DNA from: Rhodoferax sp.
Lineage (GTDB): Bacteria > Pseudomonadota > Gammaproteobacteria > Burkholderiales > Burkholderiaceae_C
Length of the DNA stretch: 64,000 bases
Reading direction: 5' to 3'
Assembly: GCA_024235935.1 (NCBI GenBank)
Contig: JACKLL010000016.1
Span: 9,436-73,435 of the forward strand
In this document: positions 30,758 through 39,994 of the stretch, piece after piece
Numbering within the stretch: the stretch's first letter is position 1
Layout: every line of letters begins with the position of its first letter
Notes under the pieces: model-generated
The model's input: only the letters and a program-made list of their open reading frames with translations
What the model was told of the DNA's origin: nothing
Databases searched by the model: none
Position numbers and translations under genes: made by a program

Positions 30758-32263
30758 ATGGCCCGCAAACCACCCCGCATCCTGGTTGCCGAATGCATGC
30801 AGGAGATATCGTCCTTCAATCCGCTGCAGTCCGAATACGGCAACTTCCATATCGAGCGCGGGCACGAGATGCTGGTGCAAAAAGGCATCAACACCGGATT
30901 GGGGGGTGCCCTGGCGGTATTCGACGAGGTCGGCTTCGAGCCGGTGCTGACGATCTCCGCCCGTGCCGGGTCGGCCGGCCTGTTGTCCCGGCCCGGCTGG
31001 ACCCGGCTGATGGGCGAAGTGCTGGAGGCGATTGCGGCCGAGGCGGGCAGCGGCATCGATGGCGTGTATTTCTCGATGCACGGCGCCATGGCCGCCGACG
31101 GCGAACTCGACCCGGAGGGGTATCTGCTCACCGAGACGCGCAAGCTGGTGGGTCCGGACGTCCCCATCGTCATCACGCTCGACCTGCACGGCATCCTGAC
31201 CGATCGCATGCTGCGTCAGATCGACGGCCTGGCGATCTACCACACCTATCCGCACGTGGATTTCGCCTCCACCGGCGCGCGCGCGGCGCGGGTGCTGCAC
31301 CGGCTGGTGACAGACACGTCGGTGCGACCGACCATCGCGCGGGTCACGATACCAGCGCTGGTGCGTGGCGACGAGCTGATCACCAAGTCCGGCTGCTACG
31401 GTTCGCTGATCCGCGAGGCGCGCCGGCTGGAACTCGAGGGTATGGCGATGTCGGCCGGCATCATGATCGGCAATCCGTTCACCGACGTGCCCGAGTTGTG
31501 TTGCCAGGTGATCGTCGCCACGGACGGTGATGCCGATACCGCGCAGCAGCAGGCCTTGCAGCTGGCCCGCGAATTCTGGCCATTGCGCCACCGCATGCAG
31601 GGCAAGTTCAGCAGCCTGGAGCGGGCCATCGCGCAGGCCCGCTCCATTCCCGGCCCGGTGATCTTCACCGATGCGGCCGACGCCACCTCGTCCGGCGCCA
31701 CCGGCGATTCCAACCTGATACTGCGCGGGCTTTGCGATGCCAGATACCCGAAAAAGGTGCTGGCGCAGATCGTCGATCCCGCCGCGGCCGCAGCGGCACA
31801 CAGGGCAGGTGTTGGCGCCACACTGGACGTGACACTGGGTGGCGCGATCGATCCGGCACGGTTTTCACCGATGCCGGTCACGGCGAAGGTCCGGCTGTTG
31901 TCGGATGGTCGGGCGCGGCTGGAGACGATGAAGATCGGACTGGATGCCGGGCCGACCGCGGTGCTGACCTGGGACAACTTCACCGTTGTGGTGTTCAGCC
32001 AGACGGTGAGCCTGTTCGACCGTGCCATGTATTTCGCCAACGGCCTGAACCCGAAGGACTTCGACCTGATCGTCGTCAAGTCGCCGCATACCGAGCATCA
32101 CATGTTCGAAGCCTGGGCCGATTGCAACTTCAATGTCGATGTTCCTGGCGCGACCTCGGCCAATCTGCCGACGCTCGGTCACACGATCTGCGCGCGCCCG
32201 ACGTATCCGCTGGACCCGCAGGCGCGCTTCGATCCACAGGTCGTACTGTACGAGCGCCGCTGA
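30758..32263 (+). CDS. M81 family (MlrC-like) metallopeptidase/amidohydrolase
   Basis: QEISSFNP, MHGAM, LDLHG, YHTYPHVD, VVKS motifs. Confidence 0.88.
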   Translation: MARKPPRILVAECMQEISSFNPLQSEYGNFHIERGHEMLVQKGINTGLGGALAVFDEVGFEPVLTISARAGSAGLLSRPGWTRLMGEVLEAIAAEAGSGIDGVYFSMHGAMAADGELDPEGYLLTETRKLVGPDVPIVITLDLHGILTDRMLRQIDGLAIYHTYPHVDFASTGARAARVLHRLVTDTSVRPTIARVTIPALVRGDELITKSGCYGSLIREARRLELEGMAMSAGIMIGNPFTDVPELCCQVIVATDGDADTAQQQALQLAREFWPLRHRMQGKFSSLERAIAQARSIPGPVIFTDAADATSSGATGDSNLILRGLCDARYPKKVLAQIVDPAAAAAAHRAGVGATLDVTLGGAIDPARFSPMPVTAKVRLLSDGRARLETMKIGLDAGPTAVLTWDNFTVVVFSQTVSLFDRAMYFANGLNPKDFDLIVVKSPHTEHHMFEAWADCNFNVDVPGATSANLPTLGHTICARPTYPLDPQARFDPQVVLYERR

Positions 32264-32357
32264 TGTTGGCGGGCTCGCGCGTTCTCTCCATCACAGGACC
32301 GGTCCATCTGGAGCCCTGTCCCCTCACCGATGTTGGCCGGCAGGCCGGGAAATCGCC

Positions 32358-33539
32358 ATGAAGATTGACTCCGTTGACTTCTTCTACCTCGCCATGCCTG
32401 AGGTCACGCTGGAGGCGGACGGCAGCCAGGATGCGCTGCTGGTGCGCGTGGCTGCGGGCGGCCATGTGGGTTACGGCGAATGCGAGGCCGCACCACTGCC
32501 CTCGATAGCGGCCTTCGTCTGCCCGCAGTCCCATGGCGCCTGCCAGCCGGTGAGCGCCTCGGTGCTGGGGCGCGAATTGAACAGCCCTGCCGATATTGCG
32601 GCGATCGCCGCCGATGTGGCGTACAACAGCATGGACGTGTTGCAGGCAGCGCACACGTTCTCCGGTATCGAGATGGCCCTGTGGGACATCCTTGGCAAGA
32701 TGCGTGGTGAACCGGTCTGGCGGCTGCTGGGCTATCGGGCCAGCCATGGCAAGACACCGTATGCGTCGCTGCTGTTCGGCGACGAACCCCAGCAGACGCT
32801 GGAGCGCGCCCGGGACGCGATTGCACGGGGTTTCACGGCGGCCAAGTTCGGCTGGGGGCCGATAGGCCGGGGCACGGCGCAGCAGGACGCCGACCACTTT
32901 GTGGCTGCCCGCGAGGCGCTGGGCGGCGACGGCGTCCTTCTGGTTGATGTCGGGCAGATTTTCGTCGACGATGTCGCCCGCGCGGCCGAACGCCTGCCGG
33001 CGCTGGAGGCGGCGCGCGTGGTGTGGTTCGAGGAGCCGTTCCACGCCAGCGCACTGGCGTCCTACGGCGAACTGGCAAGCCAATGTACTTCGGTGCGTCT
33101 GGCCGGTGGCGAAGGCGCGCACAACGTCTCGATGGCGCGCCACCTGATCGATTATGGCGGTATCGGCTTCGTGCAGATCGACTGCGGCCGCATCGGTGGC
33201 ATCGGTCCGGCCAAACAGGTGGCCGACCATGCGGTGGCCAAAGGGATCACCTACGTCAACCATACATTTACCTCGCATCTGGCACTCAGCGCGTCTTTGC
33301 AGCCGTTTGCCGGTCTGGCCTCGCACGTGATCTGCGAGTACCCGGCGGCCCCCAAGGCGCTGGCCGTGGAGATGACGGGTAATCACCTGTTGCCCGATCG
33401 TTCCGGAAAGATTCACGCGCCAGATGCGCCCGGACTGGGCATCACGCTGGACGCGGCTGCGGTGCGGCGCTACCAGCTCGATGTCGAGTTGCGCGTGGCG
33501 GGACGCACCTTGTACCGGTCGCCGTCCTTCTGCGACTGA
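32358..33539 (+). CDS. Mandelate racemase/muconate lactonizing (enolase superfamily) enzyme
   Basis: SGIEMALWDILGK; LVDVG / FEEPF / GGEG ligands; APGLG. Confidence 0.9.
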   Translation: MKIDSVDFFYLAMPEVTLEADGSQDALLVRVAAGGHVGYGECEAAPLPSIAAFVCPQSHGACQPVSASVLGRELNSPADIAAIAADVAYNSMDVLQAAHTFSGIEMALWDILGKMRGEPVWRLLGYRASHGKTPYASLLFGDEPQQTLERARDAIARGFTAAKFGWGPIGRGTAQQDADHFVAAREALGGDGVLLVDVGQIFVDDVARAAERLPALEAARVVWFEEPFHASALASYGELASQCTSVRLAGGEGAHNVSMARHLIDYGGIGFVQIDCGRIGGIGPAKQVADHAVAKGITYVNHTFTSHLALSASLQPFAGLASHVICEYPAAPKALAVEMTGNHLLPDRSGKIHAPDAPGLGITLDAAAVRRYQLDVELRVAGRTLYRSPSFCD

Positions 33540-33629
33540 CTGTGCGCGCTCCGAAGCTGCTGTACGGGTAGGATTGCGCGCAGACGCGGCTCGGGGAGTG
33601 GCGTCATCTACCTTGCAGATGGAGAGTTC

Positions 33630-34454
33630 ATGAAGCACGGAATTGCGCGTCTCCCCGTTGCCGTGATGTTGCTGGCGATGGTGTTCCTGGTGAGCATGCT
33701 GGTGCGCGGTGTGGCCGATACCACCACCGCCATGATCGTCAGTTCGCTGGTGATGTTTGCCGCCTGCCTGGCCAGCGCCGTGCATTTGCTGGGTGCGCGA
33801 GCCGCCGCCTGGTTTGCCGCCATTGCCATCGCGCTGGGCTGGTTCGCCGAGCAGATGGGATCGTCGCGCGGCTGGTTCTTCGGCAGCTATACCTATACCG
33901 ATGTGCTGGGCCCGCGCATCGGCGATGTGCCCGCCATCATTCCGCTGATGTGGTTTGCCCTGGCGTATATGGGGTATGTCATCAGCAACCTGATCGTGCG
34001 GCGCGCGCCGGCGGACGGGTCCACCCATCTGGGCGAGGCGGTGTGCATGTCGCTGCTGGCGGCGATGATCGTCACGGCCTACGACCTGGGTGCCGACCCC
34101 TATATGGTGTACGTGCTCAAGGCCTGGATCATGGCCGAGAAGAACGGCGCCTGGTTCGGCGAGACGGTGCAGGGTTTCGTCGGCTGGACTTTCGTCGGTT
34201 TCTGCATCATCCTGTCGTTCCGCCTCGTGGTGCGCAAGCTGCCCGCGCTGCCGTCGGCCGGAATCAGCCGGCGCCACGCGTTGATGCCGGTGCTGATCTA
34301 TGCCGGGCTGATGGCGTTCCAGATCGTGGCCGGCTTTCCGGTCGAAACGCGGTCGATCGCAGTGTTTGCCATGGGTATTCCGGTCCTGTGTGCGCTCGCC
34401 GGCTGGCGCCACTGGCGAACCCAGGCCACGGTCAATGGCGGGGAGACGGCATGA
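33630..34454 (+). CDS. CruF/DUF422-like (carotenoid 1,2-hydratase family) membrane protein
   Basis: EQMG..GWFFGSYTY..LGP..VP..IPLMW and DLGADP motifs; multiple TM segments. Confidence 0.75.
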   Translation: MKHGIARLPVAVMLLAMVFLVSMLVRGVADTTTAMIVSSLVMFAACLASAVHLLGARAAAWFAAIAIALGWFAEQMGSSRGWFFGSYTYTDVLGPRIGDVPAIIPLMWFALAYMGYVISNLIVRRAPADGSTHLGEAVCMSLLAAMIVTAYDLGADPYMVYVLKAWIMAEKNGAWFGETVQGFVGWTFVGFCIILSFRLVVRKLPALPSAGISRRHALMPVLIYAGLMAFQIVAGFPVETRSIAVFAMGIPVLCALAGWRHWRTQATVNGGETA

Positions 34455-35908
34455 TGCCGGCGCAGGATGTGGCTGCCCTCGACGCCATGCTGGCGCAGAT
34501 GCAGGTCACGGCCGACCCGCCGGCGGATCGCACCGTGGCCCGCATCGTCGGCGCATGGAAGGTTCTGCCCCCCGGCGCCACCGCCCAGGATCTGCACCAC
34601 GCCCACCAGGCCCAGTGGGACCGACTGCAGCAGGCCACGGCGCTGCTGCAGCAACTGGGGGACAACGCGTCGCTCGCGCGTTGGCGCGCAGACCTGTCGC
34701 GGCTGGACTTCGTGCCCGATGCCGACATGGTCCGGGCGGTGGAGGACTTCGTGCATGAACAGCAGGCACTGCCAGAATGGGCCGATCCGGCACAACTGGC
34801 CCGCGCCGAGGCGATGTTCATGGACCACGGGCCGCTGTCGTGCATCCTGCTGTTCTGCGCCAGTCTGCCGGAGTGTTATGTGCTCCCCGACCTGTCTGCC
34901 GTGCTGCACCTGGCCGGCCAGCTCGAACAGCGCACCGAATACCGGATCCGCAGCACGGCGGCGATGATCTTCCCGGTCATGATGCGCGGCGGCATGGGCG
35001 GCGATGCCGGTACCGGTCGGGCCCAGGTGCTCAAGGTGCGCCTGATCCACGCGACGATCCGCAACCTGATCCTGCATGGCTGCCCCGAGGACATCGCACA
35101 TGCCATGGCCGCGCCGCATGCGGCGGCCGATGCCGGTGTCGTCGCGCCACTGCCCGCGCTGCAGGGCGAGCGCTCGATGCAGGCCGCGCTGTTTGGCGCC
35201 GGCTGGGACGTCGGCTGCTGTGGCATCCCCTGCGACCAGGAGGAGCTGGGCTATACGCTGCTCACCTTCAGCTATGTGTTCCTGCGCAGCATGCGCAAGC
35301 TCGGGCTGCGCTGTGCGCCGGCGGACGAAGCCGCGTTTCTGCACACCTGGAACGTCGTGGCCCATGTGCTGGGCGTGCGCGGGGAGCTGATGGCGCACAC
35401 GATGGACGACGCGGCGGTGCTGTTTACGCGCATGCAGCAACGTGATCGCCGCTCCGAGTTCACGCACGACCCGCGGCCGGCGCTGGGTCAGGCGCTGATG
35501 CGGGCCATGGAGACCTCGATTCCGATCACGCTGCTCAAGCCCTTCGGGACACTCATGACGCTGTACCTGTGCGGCCGGCGCACGGCCGGCCTGATCGGTG
35601 TGACGGCGCGTGCGCCGATGCCCTCGCGCATGGTGTTCTTCCTGCTGATGGTTCTCACACGCGGCATCGACACGCTGGCGCGTCTGGTCTGGCCGGACTT
35701 CTCGATTGCGCGTCTGATCACCCGCGTGCTGGGCTACCGGCTGATTACCCGACTGCTGATGAACCAGACCCGTTCGCTGCAGTTGCCGACCCGCCTGCTG
35801 AACCCGGCGCAGCAGATGCTCGATGCCTGGGGTAGCGACCCGCATGCGCCACAGTGGATGAACACGCTCGAAGACAAGATGACGGTCAAGGGCAGCTGGC
35901 GTGGCTGA
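34451..35908 (+). CDS. MpaB/Lcp (DUF2236) family putative heme oxygenase
   Basis: SLPECY, RIRST (RxxxT), [28 protein letters not shown]. Confidence 0.8.
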   Translation: MMPAQDVAALDAMLAQMQVTADPPADRTVARIVGAWKVLPPGATAQDLHHAHQAQWDRLQQATALLQQLGDNASLARWRADLSRLDFVPDADMVRAVEDFVHEQQALPEWADPAQLARAEAMFMDHGPLSCILLFCASLPECYVLPDLSAVLHLAGQLEQRTEYRIRSTAAMIFPVMMRGGMGGDAGTGRAQVLKVRLIHATIRNLILHGCPEDIAHAMAAPHAAADAGVVAPLPALQGERSMQAALFGAGWDVGCCGIPCDQEELGYTLLTFSYVFLRSMRKLGLRCAPADEAAFLHTWNVVAHVLGVRGELMAHTMDDAAVLFTRMQQRDRRSEFTHDPRPALGQALMRAMETSIPITLLKPFGTLMTLYLCGRRTAGLIGVTARAPMPSRMVFFLLMVLTRGIDTLARLVWPDFSIARLITRVLGYRLITRLLMNQTRSLQLPTRLLNPAQQMLDAWGSDPHAPQWMNTLEDKMTVKGSWRG

Positions 35909-36470
35909 GCCCACGACAGAGGCTGCCACCGACGCTGCACGCGTCACGGGCTTCGCGCCAATCGCGCGGCCCGATGCCCGCGTGCTGGTGCTGGGCAGCA
36001 TGCCTGGCGTCGCCTCGCTGCGCGCGCAGCAGTACTACGGCCATCCGCGCAACGCCTTCTGGCCCATCATGGGCGCCCTGTTCGGCTTTGATGCGCACAT
36101 GCCGTATGCACAGAGGGTGCGGGCATTGCAGTCGCACCAGGTTGCGGTCTGGGACGTGCTGGACAGCTGCACGCGTCCCGGCAGCCTGGATTCGGCGATC
36201 GAGGCGGACAGCACGGTGCCGAACGACTTTGAAGGCTTCCTGCGGCAACACCGTGCCATCACGCGTATCTGTTTCAACGGCGCAGCCGCGGCCCAGCTGT
36301 TCCGTCGCCAGGTGGCGCCGAACATCACGCTGGCGCCGGCGCTGCAGCTGATCCGCCTGCCCTCGACCAGCCCGGCGCATGCCGGCATGGGGCTGGACCA
36401 GAAGCTGCGGGCCTGGCAGGTGGTGCGACCGGAAATGCCCCACGACGGTTTGCGCACCGAACAGCGATAG
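35901..36470 (+). CDS. DNA-deoxyinosine (hypoxanthine) glycosylase, UDG superfamily
   Basis: [33 protein letters not shown]. Confidence 0.88.
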   Translation: MAEPTTEAATDAARVTGFAPIARPDARVLVLGSMPGVASLRAQQYYGHPRNAFWPIMGALFGFDAHMPYAQRVRALQSHQVAVWDVLDSCTRPGSLDSAIEADSTVPNDFEGFLRQHRAITRICFNGAAAAQLFRRQVAPNITLAPALQLIRLPSTSPAHAGMGLDQKLRAWQVVRPEMPHDGLRTEQR

Positions 36471-36582
36471 CCTTGGCGCGCGCCGCAAAGGTGGGGCGCA
36501 AGAAAATGGCACCCGAAGGTGCCATGCCGCGACTGCGGTCCTGCAGCCCGCAGCAGCCCTTCAGGCCCCGCCGGCTTGTGCG

Positions 36583-38802
36583 TCAGGCCGTGCCGGCCTT
36601 GACCTTCAGCCGCCAGGCATGCAGCAGCGGCTCGGTATAACCACTGGGCTGCTGCACGCCCTTGAACACCAGGTCGGTCGCCGCCTGGAATGCCGCGCCC
36701 TGCGGGTTGCCCGCCATCGGTGTGTACAGGCTGTCGCCGGCGTTCTGTTTGTCGACCACCTTGGCCATGCGCTTGAACGTGGCACGCACCTGGGCCTTGG
36801 TCACCACACCGTGCAGCAGCCAGTTGGCCATGTGCTGGCTCGAGATGCGCAAGGTCGCGCGGTCTTCCATCAGGCCGATGTTGTGGATGTCGGGCACCTT
36901 GGAGCAGCCGATGCCCTGGTCGATCCAGCGCACCACATAGCCCAGAATGCCCTGCGCGTTGTTGTCCAGTTCCTGCTGCTTTTCGGCGTCGCTCCATGTC
37001 GGCGTCTTGACCACCGGGATCGTCAGCAGGTCGTTCAGCAGGCTGTCGCGCAGCGCGGCCATGTCCTGCTTCTCCATTTCCTTCTGCACGTCGGCCACCT
37101 TGACCTGGTGGTAGTGCAGCGCATGCAGCGTGGCGCCGGTCGGGCTGGGTACCCAGGCGGTGTTGGCGCCGGCCTTCGGATGCGCGATCTTCTGCTTGAG
37201 CATGTCGGCCATCAGGTCCGGCATGGCCCACATGCCCTTGCCGATCTGGGCCTTGCCACGCAGACCGCAGGCCAGGCCGACCAGCACGTTGTTGCGCTCA
37301 TAGGCCTGGATCCAGGCGCTGGTCTTCATGTCGCCCTTGCGCAGCACCGGCCCGGCCTGCATGCAGCTGTGCATCTCGTCGCCGGTGCGGTCCAGGAAGC
37401 CGGTGTTGATGAAGGCCACGCGGCTGGCGGCTGCAGCGATGCAGGCCTTGAGGTTGACGCTGGTGCGGCGCTCCTCGTCCATGATGCCGAGCTTGACGGT
37501 GCTGTCCTTGAGGCCCAGCAGCTTCTCGACGCGACCGAACAGCTCGCTGGCGAACGCCACTTCGGCCGGGCCGTGCATCTTCGGTTTGACGATGTAGACG
37601 GACCCCTTGCGGGAGTTGCAGATCGCCTTGCCATCAGGGCCGACGCCATGGCCTTGCAGGTCGTGCAGCGCGATCGTGGTCGTGACCACCGCGTCCAGGA
37701 TGCCTTCAGGGATTTCCCGCGTGCTGCCGTCGGCTGCCGTGTAGGTGATGGCCGGGTTGGTCATCAGGTGACCGACATTGCGCACGAACATCAGCGAGCG
37801 GCCATGCAAGGCCACCGTACCGGTGCCCGAAGGCGCGGTATAGATGCGGTCCGGATTAAGACCACGGGTGAAGGTCTTGCCGCCCTTGCTGACGTTCTCG
37901 GTCAGGTCGCCCTTGAGGATGCCGAGCCAGTTGCGATAGCCCAGCACCTTGTCCTGTGCATCGACCGCTGCCACCGAGTCTTCCAGGTCCAGGATGGTCG
38001 ACAGTGCGGACTCGAGCACCACATCGCTGACGCCGGCCGCATCGACCGCGCCGGTCGGCGTGCCGTGGTCGATCCGGATGTCGATGTGCAGGCCGTTGTG
38101 TTGCAGCAGCACCGACGTCGGACGGGCGGCTTCGCCCTGGTAACCGATGAACTGCTTGCCGTTGCGCAGCGCGGTGGTCTTGCCGCTGGCCAGCGAGACG
38201 GCCAGCTGGCCGTCAACGACGGCATAGCCGGTGCTGTCGACATGCGAGCCGGTCTTCAGCGGCGCGGTGCGGTCCAGCACGTGGCGCGCGTAGGCGATGA
38301 CCCGGGCGCCGCGGATCGGGTTGTAGGGGCCGGCGCGCGTGGCTCCGTCGCTCTCGTCGATCGCATCGGTGCCGTACAGCGCGTCGTACAGCGAGCCCCA
38401 GCGCGCGTTGGCGGCGTTGAGCGCGTAACGCGCGTTGAGGATAGGCACCACCAGTTGCGGGCCGGCCTGCTGGGCCAGCTCGGCATCGACGTTCTTCGTC
38501 GTCGCGCGTACCGTGGCCGGCTCCGGCACCAGGTAGCCGATGCGGGTCAGGAAGGCGCGGTAAGCCTTCATCGCGCGAATCGGGCCGGGATGGGCCTTGT
38601 GCCACTGGTCCAGCTCGGTCTGCAGGCGCTCGCGTTCGGCCAGCAGGGCGGCATTCTTCGGCGCCAGGTCGGTGACGATGGCATCGAATCCGCGCCAGAA
38701 CCCGGCGCTGTCTACACCGGTGCCCGGCAACACCTGTTGCTCGATGAAGTCGAATAGTTCGGTCGCGATGTCCAGCTGGTGCATGCGGATGCGTGTGCTC
38801 AT
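36583..38802 (-). CDS. glcB: Malate synthase G
   Basis: 739 aa; [56 protein letters not shown]. Confidence 0.97.
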   Translation of the reverse strand: MSTRIRMHQLDIATELFDFIEQQVLPGTGVDSAGFWRGFDAIVTDLAPKNAALLAERERLQTELDQWHKAHPGPIRAMKAYRAFLTRIGYLVPEPATVRATTKNVDAELAQQAGPQLVVPILNARYALNAANARWGSLYDALYGTDAIDESDGATRAGPYNPIRGARVIAYARHVLDRTAPLKTGSHVDSTGYAVVDGQLAVSLASGKTTALRNGKQFIGYQGEAARPTSVLLQHNGLHIDIRIDHGTPTGAVDAAGVSDVVLESALSTILDLEDSVAAVDAQDKVLGYRNWLGILKGDLTENVSKGGKTFTRGLNPDRIYTAPSGTGTVALHGRSLMFVRNVGHLMTNPAITYTAADGSTREIPEGILDAVVTTTIALHDLQGHGVGPDGKAICNSRKGSVYIVKPKMHGPAEVAFASELFGRVEKLLGLKDSTVKLGIMDEERRTSVNLKACIAAAASRVAFINTGFLDRTGDEMHSCMQAGPVLRKGDMKTSAWIQAYERNNVLVGLACGLRGKAQIGKGMWAMPDLMADMLKQKIAHPKAGANTAWVPSPTGATLHALHYHQVKVADVQKEMEKQDMAALRDSLLNDLLTIPVVKTPTWSDAEKQQELDNNAQGILGYVVRWIDQGIGCSKVPDIHNIGLMEDRATLRISSQHMANWLLHGVVTKAQVRATFKRMAKVVDKQNAGDSLYTPMAGNPQGAAFQAATDLVFKGVQQPSGYTEPLLHAWRLKVKAGTA

Positions 38803-38835
38803 GGGTTCCCCTCGGAAAAACAGGTTTGGAAAAGA

Positions 38836-39534
38836 TCAGAAAAACTGGTGGACGTCGCGCAGCGAACTGCCGCTGTACGTGGGCTGGGTGCCCAGCTCCT
38901 CGAACGGGACCTGGTAGCGGTTGACCCACAGGGTCTGGTAGCCATACCAGGTGGCAGCCAGCGCGTCCCAGGCATTGCAGCTGACGAAACCGATCTGCCG
39001 GGCCCGCAAGCCGGTGGCCTGCTCGCCCAGGGCATAGGCCTCGGGCGCGGTCTTGTATTTGCGCACCGGGTCGACACTGATCACATGGTCGAGCAGCTCG
39101 GCGAGGCCGGCGGACCTGACCGCGAGGTTCAGCATCGCCGGGTCGCCATTGCTCAGGATGCCGGTGACGATGCCTCTGGCACGCAGGTCCTGCAGCACTT
39201 CGCGGTTCTCAGGAAAAGCGCTCAGGCTGCGGTACTGGTTCATCAGGCGGTCGATCCGGGCGTCGAAGTCCGCCATGTCGACACTGCCTGCCGGCGCCAC
39301 CAGCTTCTTGACCGCATACACCAGCGCGCTGCGGGTCAAGTCCCAGAACGGGCGGTAGTGGGCCCCGTCGTTGCTGGTGGTCACCAGCCTGGAGTACTCG
39401 ATCTGTTTGTCGCGCCACAACAGACCCAGTGCGTTGCCCTGGCCGGGAAACAGCTGTTCAGCCAGCAGCCCGACGCTGTAGACATCGAACAAGGTGCCAT
39501 AGGCGTCAAAAAGAATGGCTTGCGGTTTCTCCAT
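38836..39534 (-). CDS. Haloacid dehalogenase type II
   Basis: FDAYGTLFD, ILSNG, YKTAP, VSCNAWD. Confidence 0.92.
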   Translation of the reverse strand: MEKPQAILFDAYGTLFDVYSVGLLAEQLFPGQGNALGLLWRDKQIEYSRLVTTSNDGAHYRPFWDLTRSALVYAVKKLVAPAGSVDMADFDARIDRLMNQYRSLSAFPENREVLQDLRARGIVTGILSNGDPAMLNLAVRSAGLAELLDHVISVDPVRKYKTAPEAYALGEQATGLRARQIGFVSCNAWDALAATWYGYQTLWVNRYQVPFEELGTQPTYSGSSLRDVHQFF

Positions 39535-39722
39535 GCTTTGACTGTATTCGATACTTTTAAGCTAATTAACCGCTTTGAAGTTCGAAAATATGTGACAAAA
39601 ATATATGTAATCGGATCGGATGCCTGGATCTTTCCCTGTGCGCACGCGTGTGTCTGCCGCTGGCGGTCGCCGGGTCCCGGGCGGACGGCCCCACGGGACC
39701 GTGTACACCATGGGTTCGCGCA

Positions 39723-39739
39723 AGCAAGCCCGATGCCAA
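39723..39739 (-). promoter_or_regulatory. Putative sigma54 promoter
   Basis: Minus strand TTGGCATCGGGCTTGCT matches TGGCAy-N5-TTGCw. Confidence 0.65.
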
Positions 39740-39850
39740 AGCCGCTGCGAACGGGAGAGATCCCGCATCGAAGCGGCGCGAGCGGGATCCGTTTTGCAGC
39801 TTGCACGCAGCAGGCCGGCGCAGGGAGCACAATGTGCAATGGAGCGCAAT

Positions 39851-39867
39851 TGCACAGAATTAGTACA
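39851..39867. promoter_or_regulatory. NtrC-like enhancer site
   Basis: TGCAC-AGAATTA-GTACA, one mismatch to TGCAC-N7-GTGCA, about 115-130 bp upstream of the sigma54 -24 box. Confidence 0.45.
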
Positions 39868-39994
39868 CACATGGCTGCGGGGGCGGGCGGAACCCAGGGC
39901 CTGTTTCGTGTACAAACAGCGGGAACAGGGACTCGCCCCAAGAGGCCCGGCTTGTGCCTTTGCGCTTGCCAGGTGAACCGGTAATATTTATTTG

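Noticed and set aside
30758-32263. Microcystin-degradation (mlr) cluster
   Set aside because: Only an MlrC-family member is present; no mlrA, mlrB or mlrD-like genes are adjacent.
33950-34450. N-terminal extension of the 652-aa ORF 33950-35908
   Set aside because: It overlaps the CruF-like gene in another frame; the ATGA-coupled start at 34451 with an upstream GGGAG is more plausible.
39901-39919. LexA (SOS) box
   Set aside because: Spacing is CTGT-N11-ACAG, not CTGT-N8-ACAG.
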